The notes below the pieces were generated by a model. It saw nothing but the letters and a program-made list of their open reading frames with translations, had not been told where the DNA came from and ran no database searches. 48,113 bases of DNA from an uncultured Ruminococcus sp. (GTDB taxonomy: Bacteria; Bacillota; Clostridia; Oscillospirales; Acutalibacteraceae): the NCBI GenBank assembly GCA_902783855.1, contig CACZSU010000028.1, positions 1-48,113 on the forward strand, given 5' to 3'. Made by a program: the position numbers and the translations under genes. Positions 43,919 through 48,113 of the stretch are shown piece after piece. How positions within the stretch are numbered: the first letter of the stretch is position 1; each line of letters begins with the position of its first letter.

Positions 43919-43946
43919 GGGAAGTCAGCCAGTGACTTCCTTTTTT
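43919..43946 (+). terminator. Intrinsic terminator downstream of the second leader ORF
   Basis: GGAAGTCA (43919-43926) pairs with TGACTTCC (43932-43939) across a 5-nt loop, followed by T7 (43940-43946). Confidence 0.65.
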
Positions 43947-43986
43947 TGTGCCCTCGGGCAAAAAAAGGATATGAAAGGAAATAGAA

Positions 43987-44220
43987 ATGAAGAAACTGAT
44001 TACAGCGGCTGTGCTTGCCGCCATGCTGAGCATAACCGTTTTGGGAGGATGTACGACAGCTTCGGGAAAAGCATACAGCAGCGATGAGAGTACAGCAGTA
44101 TCTGCCGCAGAGGAAAGCAGTAAAAACAGCTGCTGCCGTGAGGAAAGCGAAAAGTCCGGCTGCTGCAAAGACAAAAGCGAAGACAGCTCTCACATTCCCG
44201 ACTGTTGTAACGATGAATAA
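43987..44220 (+). CDS. Small acidic lipoprotein with three Cys-Cys pairs
   Basis: The signal and lipobox are MKKLITAAVLAAMLSITVLGGC. The mature part is Ser/Glu-rich and contains NSCCRE, SGCCKD and PDCCNDE. Confidence 0.6.
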   Translation: MKKLITAAVLAAMLSITVLGGCTTASGKAYSSDESTAVSAAEESSKNSCCREESEKSGCCKDKSEDSSHIPDCCNDE

Positions 44221-44247
44221 AATCAAAAAAGGAAAGGATCAATCACC

Positions 44248-45384
44248 ATGCATATCAATACAAAAATAAAAATCACTGCTGCCTTTCTCGCAGCCACCCT
44301 TACACTGACAGCCCTCGCAGGCTGCAATACACCTGAAGACAACGCATCATCCGAAAACAGCCAGTCAGATACCTCGGCTGCTTCATCGCAGAACAATGAA
44401 AAGCCGGCTCTTGAAAAAACAAGCTTCAATTTAGGACATCTCAATTCAACAGCCCATCTTTTAGGCTTTGTTGCCAAGGAGGAAGGTTATTTTGAGGAAG
44501 AAGGTCTTGATGTAACCCTCACCCTGTTTTCCTCCGCCGCAGAGCTGTCAACCGGACTTGAATCCGACAAGCTGGATGTTGCTTTTATCGGTTCTGTGCC
44601 GTCCATCACCTTCCAGAGTCAGGGACATGATCTAACCATCTTCGGCGGTGCCATGACAAACGGTCACGGCTATGTTATCAAGCCGCAGTATGTCGAGGGA
44701 CTTGACAAATGGGATGTTTCCATTCTTAAGGGCAGAAACGTGGCTTCCGTCAAAAACAGCGTTCAGGATGCCGAGCTGCAAATCCTGCTCAAGGACAAAG
44801 GTATTGCCATCGGCGAGGGCAGCGACAAGGTAAACATCGTTTATTTTGACAGCCAGAAGGATGCTTACAATGCTCTCCAGAATGACAGCATTGATGCAGT
44901 ATCGGCATATTCTCCCTATACCTCACTTGCTGAAAGTCAGGGATATAAGGTTGTTTACCGCTGCTCGGAAGAACCGCTGCTCGAAAACCAGCCCTGCTGC
45001 CGTCAGGTTGCTTCCACATCAGCACTGAGCAAATACCCGAATTCCTATCAGGCATTTGAAAGAGCGCTGATCAAGGCATACAAGTTCACACAGGAAAACA
45101 AGGAGCAGACAGTAAAGGACGTCAAGAAGTATATTGATATCGAGGAAGACCTCATTAACACCGAGATTTACGGCGGCTACGGCACATCTGTTCCCGATCC
45201 GGATAAGCAGGGTACGGTGGCTCTCAAAAAATCTATTGTTGAGCTTGGATATACAGAGGACTATGACATTGATAAGCTCTACAATACGGACGTTTATAAG
45301 AATGCACTTGAAAGCCTTATCAAAGAAAACCCCGGCGATGAGATATATGAAGGATTGCAGAAGCATTTTGACGAATTTGAATAA
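44248..45384 (+). CDS. ABC transporter substrate-binding lipoprotein (NMT1/SsuA/TauA-like)
   Basis: The lipobox is LTALAGC. The remainder has the fold pattern of NitT/TauT-family binding proteins (LGHLNSTAHLLGFVAKEEGYF...). It sits next to the cognate ATPase and permease. Confidence 0.8.
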   Translation: MHINTKIKITAAFLAATLTLTALAGCNTPEDNASSENSQSDTSAASSQNNEKPALEKTSFNLGHLNSTAHLLGFVAKEEGYFEEEGLDVTLTLFSSAAELSTGLESDKLDVAFIGSVPSITFQSQGHDLTIFGGAMTNGHGYVIKPQYVEGLDKWDVSILKGRNVASVKNSVQDAELQILLKDKGIAIGEGSDKVNIVYFDSQKDAYNALQNDSIDAVSAYSPYTSLAESQGYKVVYRCSEEPLLENQPCCRQVASTSALSKYPNSYQAFERALIKAYKFTQENKEQTVKDVKKYIDIEEDLINTEIYGGYGTSVPDPDKQGTVALKKSIVELGYTEDYDIDKLYNTDVYKNALESLIKENPGDEIYEGLQKHFDEFE

Positions 45385-45420
45385 TTCCGGCAATTCATCC
45401 GGAAAGAAAAGCAGAGATGA

Positions 45421-46239
45421 ATGTATATGAGTAAAATAGAGGTAAATCATCTGACAGTGGATTATATCGAAAAGAAAAAGAGCTTTACTGCGCTGAAGGA
45501 TGTTAGTTTTTCGATCCAGTCAGGCGAATTTGTCAGCGTGATCGGTTCCAGCGGATGCGGTAAAAGTACTTTGCTCAGCATCCTTGAGGGGATTCATACG
45601 CCCACAAGCGGCGAAATTCTGATTGACGGAGAACCAATAAAAGGAACGGGTACCGACAGAGGAGTCGTTTTCCAGCATTATTCGCTGTTTCCGTGGATGA
45701 CAGCAAGAAAAAATGTGGCATTCGGCATCAAGCAGGTCAATAAATCTGCAAGCAGAACTGAGCGTTATCAGATTGCCGATGCGTTTCTTGAAAAGGTGGG
45801 GCTGGAACAATTCAAAAACAAATATCCCTCTCAGCTTTCCGGCGGAATGCAGCAGCGTGTTGCTATTGCACGGGCACTGGCAATGGATACGGATATTCTG
45901 CTGATGGACGAACCTTTCGGAGCAATTGACGCAAAGAACCGCACCATATTACAGGAACTACTGTTGGAACTGTGGGAGGGCGACGGTACAAAGGAAAGAA
46001 AAACCGTTGTATTCGTCACCCATGATATAGATGAGGCAATATTGCTTTCCGACAAGATTGTGATGATGACCGCAAATCCCGGTCGTGTCTATCGTGAGAT
46101 AAAGGTTCCCTTTGACCGCCCCAGAAACCGTGCGCAGCTTGTGCAGACAAAGGATTATAACGTATTCAGAAACAAGCTGCTTTCCATGTTTTACAGTGAC
46201 ATTGCCGATAAGATCGGCGGCGAGGAGGTTGTACTGTAA
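45421..46239 (+). CDS. ABC transporter ATP-binding protein (NitT/TauT family, SsuB-like)
   Basis: Walker A is GSSGCGKST, the signature is LSGGMQQRV and Walker B is ILLMDEP. VFQHYSLFPWMT is also present. Confidence 0.9.
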   Translation: MYMSKIEVNHLTVDYIEKKKSFTALKDVSFSIQSGEFVSVIGSSGCGKSTLLSILEGIHTPTSGEILIDGEPIKGTGTDRGVVFQHYSLFPWMTARKNVAFGIKQVNKSASRTERYQIADAFLEKVGLEQFKNKYPSQLSGGMQQRVAIARALAMDTDILLMDEPFGAIDAKNRTILQELLLELWEGDGTKERKTVVFVTHDIDEAILLSDKIVMMTANPGRVYREIKVPFDRPRNRAQLVQTKDYNVFRNKLLSMFYSDIADKIGGEEVVL

Positions 46240-47231
46240 TGAATATACAAACCAATGCATCACCAACAATACAGTTTGATAAAAAAACAAAAACAGAGTC
46301 CCCTCTCAAAGCAGAGATCTTCAGCAGATATTTCAGAGTGGTTCATGCCCTGTTTGCTGTACTCATACTGATACAGCTTCTGCCGGATCAGCTTCCCACA
46401 GAAACATATGCGGCTTATGCGGTATGGTTTGCAGCCGGAGTGGAAGTATTAACACTGATTCTTTCGGCTTTTATCAAAAAGCCGGCAAGTCTGAATCTCT
46501 TTGTGGATATCGTAGCCTTTATCTACGGACTGCTGATTGCATGGACACTGGCAACGGCAAAATTCAATATTCTGAAAGCCGCACTGTTCCCGCCGCCCGG
46601 AAAGGTCCTGTGGCAGTTTATCAGTGATTATGACAAGATACTCACCAATATTCAAAGCTCAGTCGGTATTATTCTGCAGGGCTATCTGCTGGCAATCGCA
46701 GCTGCCGTTCCCCTGGGTCTGTTTCTTGGATGGAGCGCCAGACTTGGCGGCGCCGCTGCATACATCTCAAAATTTCTGGGCGCCATTCCGCCCATTGTCT
46801 ATATTCCCTATGGCATTGCCCTTCTTCCCACCTTCCGCAGCGTTTCGGTATTTGTCATCTTTCTTGCCACCTTCTGGCCGGTGCTGGGAGGAACAATGAG
46901 CGGGGTCATGAATGTAGAAAAAAAGACCATAGATTCTGCAAAGGTGCTGAATGTAGGAAAATTCACCATGCTGTTTTCCGTTATTCTTCCGGCATCCCTG
47001 CAGCAAATATTCATCGGCTGCAATCAGGGACTTACCGTTTCCTTTGTTCTGCTGACGTCAGCGGAGATGATCGGCGCACAAAGCGGTCTGGGCTATTATA
47101 TCAAGAATTACTCTGATTTCGGTGACTATACAAGAACGATAGTCGGTCTGATCGTTGTGGGCATCGTGATCGTATTTATCTCATTTATATTTAACAGAAT
47201 ACAGAAATTCCTGCTTCGCTGGAAGCAGTGA
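46239..47231 (+). CDS. ABC transporter permease (SsuC/TauC-like)
   Basis: A polytopic protein with an EAA-like loop (DSAKVLNVGKFTMLFSVILPAS). Its start overlaps the ATPase stop. Confidence 0.85.
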   Translation: MNIQTNASPTIQFDKKTKTESPLKAEIFSRYFRVVHALFAVLILIQLLPDQLPTETYAAYAVWFAAGVEVLTLILSAFIKKPASLNLFVDIVAFIYGLLIAWTLATAKFNILKAALFPPPGKVLWQFISDYDKILTNIQSSVGIILQGYLLAIAAAVPLGLFLGWSARLGGAAAYISKFLGAIPPIVYIPYGIALLPTFRSVSVFVIFLATFWPVLGGTMSGVMNVEKKTIDSAKVLNVGKFTMLFSVILPASLQQIFIGCNQGLTVSFVLLTSAEMIGAQSGLGYYIKNYSDFGDYTRTIVGLIVVGIVIVFISFIFNRIQKFLLRWKQ

Positions 47232-47244
47232 CGGAGGTGTAAGA

Positions 47245-47766
47245 ATGAAAGAAATTATCTGGCACGGACGAGGCGGACAAGGGGCATTCACTGCCGCACG
47301 GCTTCTGGGGGAAGCCTGGTCCCTCAGAGAAAACACCTTTGTCCTTGCTTTCCCGTCCTTCGGACCTGAACGCAGAGGCGCGCCGATCAGAGCCTTTACA
47401 AAACTCGATGTAAAGCCTATCGGCAACAGAAGTGAAATAACAAAGGCGGATTACAGTATTTTTCTTGATGATACCCTGTTTACCCCGCAGGCATTCAATG
47501 AACTGAAGCCGGACGGAAACATACTTTTAAATACGAAAAAAAGCGTTGCTGACAAGAGAGTGATCACCATTGACGGCGACAGTATTGCCGAAAAATACCT
47601 GAGGCTGCCCATCACGAATACCATACTGCTTGGTGCATTAGCCGCTGTTTCAGGGCTTATTTCTCTTGACGCGCTTACAGACGCTGTAAGGCAGACAATG
47701 CCGCCGCGTCTTCACGAAAAAAACATAGCAGCCATAACGGCAGCTTATGAGGAGGCGGAAACATGA
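47245..47766 (+). CDS. 2-oxoacid:ferredoxin oxidoreductase, gamma subunit
   Basis: MKEIIWHGRGGQGAFTAARLLGEA...FPSFGPERRGAP is the POR/OFOR gamma signature. Confidence 0.85.
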   Translation: MKEIIWHGRGGQGAFTAARLLGEAWSLRENTFVLAFPSFGPERRGAPIRAFTKLDVKPIGNRSEITKADYSIFLDDTLFTPQAFNELKPDGNILLNTKKSVADKRVITIDGDSIAEKYLRLPITNTILLGALAAVSGLISLDALTDAVRQTMPPRLHEKNIAAITAAYEEAET

Positions 47767-48053
47767 AGCCCTATCTCAGAGAAAACATACCAGCAGGCTT
47801 TGAGGATATACCCGATACTACCTCCTATGAAGCAGGCTATTTAGTAACAAAAAATGCAGGCTGGCGAAATGTCAGACCCGTTATAGACATAACAAAATGT
47901 GTCGGTTGTCTGAATTGTTACCTTCACTGTCCGGATGGAGTGATCTTCCGGAAGGATGGCAAAGTCAGTATAGATTATGATTTCTGCAAGGGCTGCGGCA
48001 TCTGTAAAACGGTCTGTAAGCCCGGCGCAATCAGAATGGAGGCGGAAAAGTAA
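47763..48053 (+). CDS. 2-oxoacid:ferredoxin oxidoreductase, delta (2x[4Fe-4S] ferredoxin) subunit
   Basis: The two cluster motifs are CVGCLNCYLHCP and CKGCGICKTVCP-like. It overlaps the gamma subunit gene by 4 bp. Confidence 0.85.
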   Translation: MKPYLRENIPAGFEDIPDTTSYEAGYLVTKNAGWRNVRPVIDITKCVGCLNCYLHCPDGVIFRKDGKVSIDYDFCKGCGICKTVCKPGAIRMEAEK

Positions 48054-48113
48054 TGGCAAGACAGTTTTTATCAGGAAATGAAGCCTTTGCTTACGGTGTA
48101 CGTCTTGCAAGAC
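48053..48113 (+). CDS. 2-oxoacid:ferredoxin oxidoreductase, alpha subunit (5' fragment, runs off the window)
   Basis: MARQFLSGNEAFAYGVRLAR matches the usual alpha-subunit N-terminus (GNEAxAxG). The ATG overlaps the delta stop (TAATG). Confidence 0.55.
   Translation, partial: MARQFLSGNEAFAYGVRLAR

Noticed and set aside
43759-44242. Minus-strand ORFs (155, 101 and 80 aa) across the leader and lipoprotein region
   Set aside because: They are antisense to a plus-strand promoter, leader, terminator and lipoprotein gene with proper signals. They have no ribosome-binding site and a hydrophobic, low-complexity translation typical of antisense frames.

Overview
This is a 48.1-kb, densely coding chromosomal window. 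Gene content and GGAGG-type ribosome-binding sites look like a Clostridia-type Firmicute. No rRNA, tRNA, CRISPR array, prophage or intact IS element was seen. From 0.2 to 35.8 kb the genes are mostly minus-strand housekeeping and envelope genes: a Big_2 surface protein, metY, tmk, a lipoprotein, kptA, a nitroreductase, an acyltransferase, mntP, a NUDIX hydrolase, ridA, a transglutaminase-like protein and ilvA. This stretch also holds a 1121-aa TPR-GAF-GGDEF protein, a membrane protein with a sigma-like N-terminus, an Rpn-family nuclease, a MinD-like ATPase, mgsA, a GldA/F/G-type ABC operon with a DUF4340-like protein, and xth. An OmpR/HK two-component pair is flanked by two large surface proteins that share a triple-tyrosine Ig-like repeat. 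From 35.8 to 48.1 kb lies a plus-strand sulfur amino-acid island: cysK, a methyltransferase-MetK fusion ORF, luxS, a cystathionine lyase-type PLP enzyme, a CysK/CysM/MccA paralog, a LysR regulator and an amidohydrolase. It continues with a small Cys-pair lipoprotein, an SsuABC-like transporter and a 2-oxoacid:ferredoxin oxidoreductase. The main hunt result is in this island. Two small ORFs below the ORF-track cutoff (47 and 33 codons) have good ribosome-binding sites and dense Cys/Met codon runs. Each is embedded in mutually exclusive RNA helices that end in an intrinsic terminator, the layout of a classical ribosome-mediated attenuator, here apparently sensing Cys. Each transcription unit is also preceded by the same 17-bp palindrome, TATAGG-N5-CCTAT(A/T), centred exactly 30 bp upstream of a -35 hexamer; this is a candidate operator for the LysR protein encoded in the locus. 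Other observations are a roughly 165-bp intergenic repeat family with at least 9 copies co-oriented with downstream genes, a tandem array of five covarying hairpins in the 3' UTR of the GGDEF gene, an A6 tract that separates the best start site of a surface-protein gene from its reading frame, and a 12-bp in-frame microsatellite in the Rpn gene.
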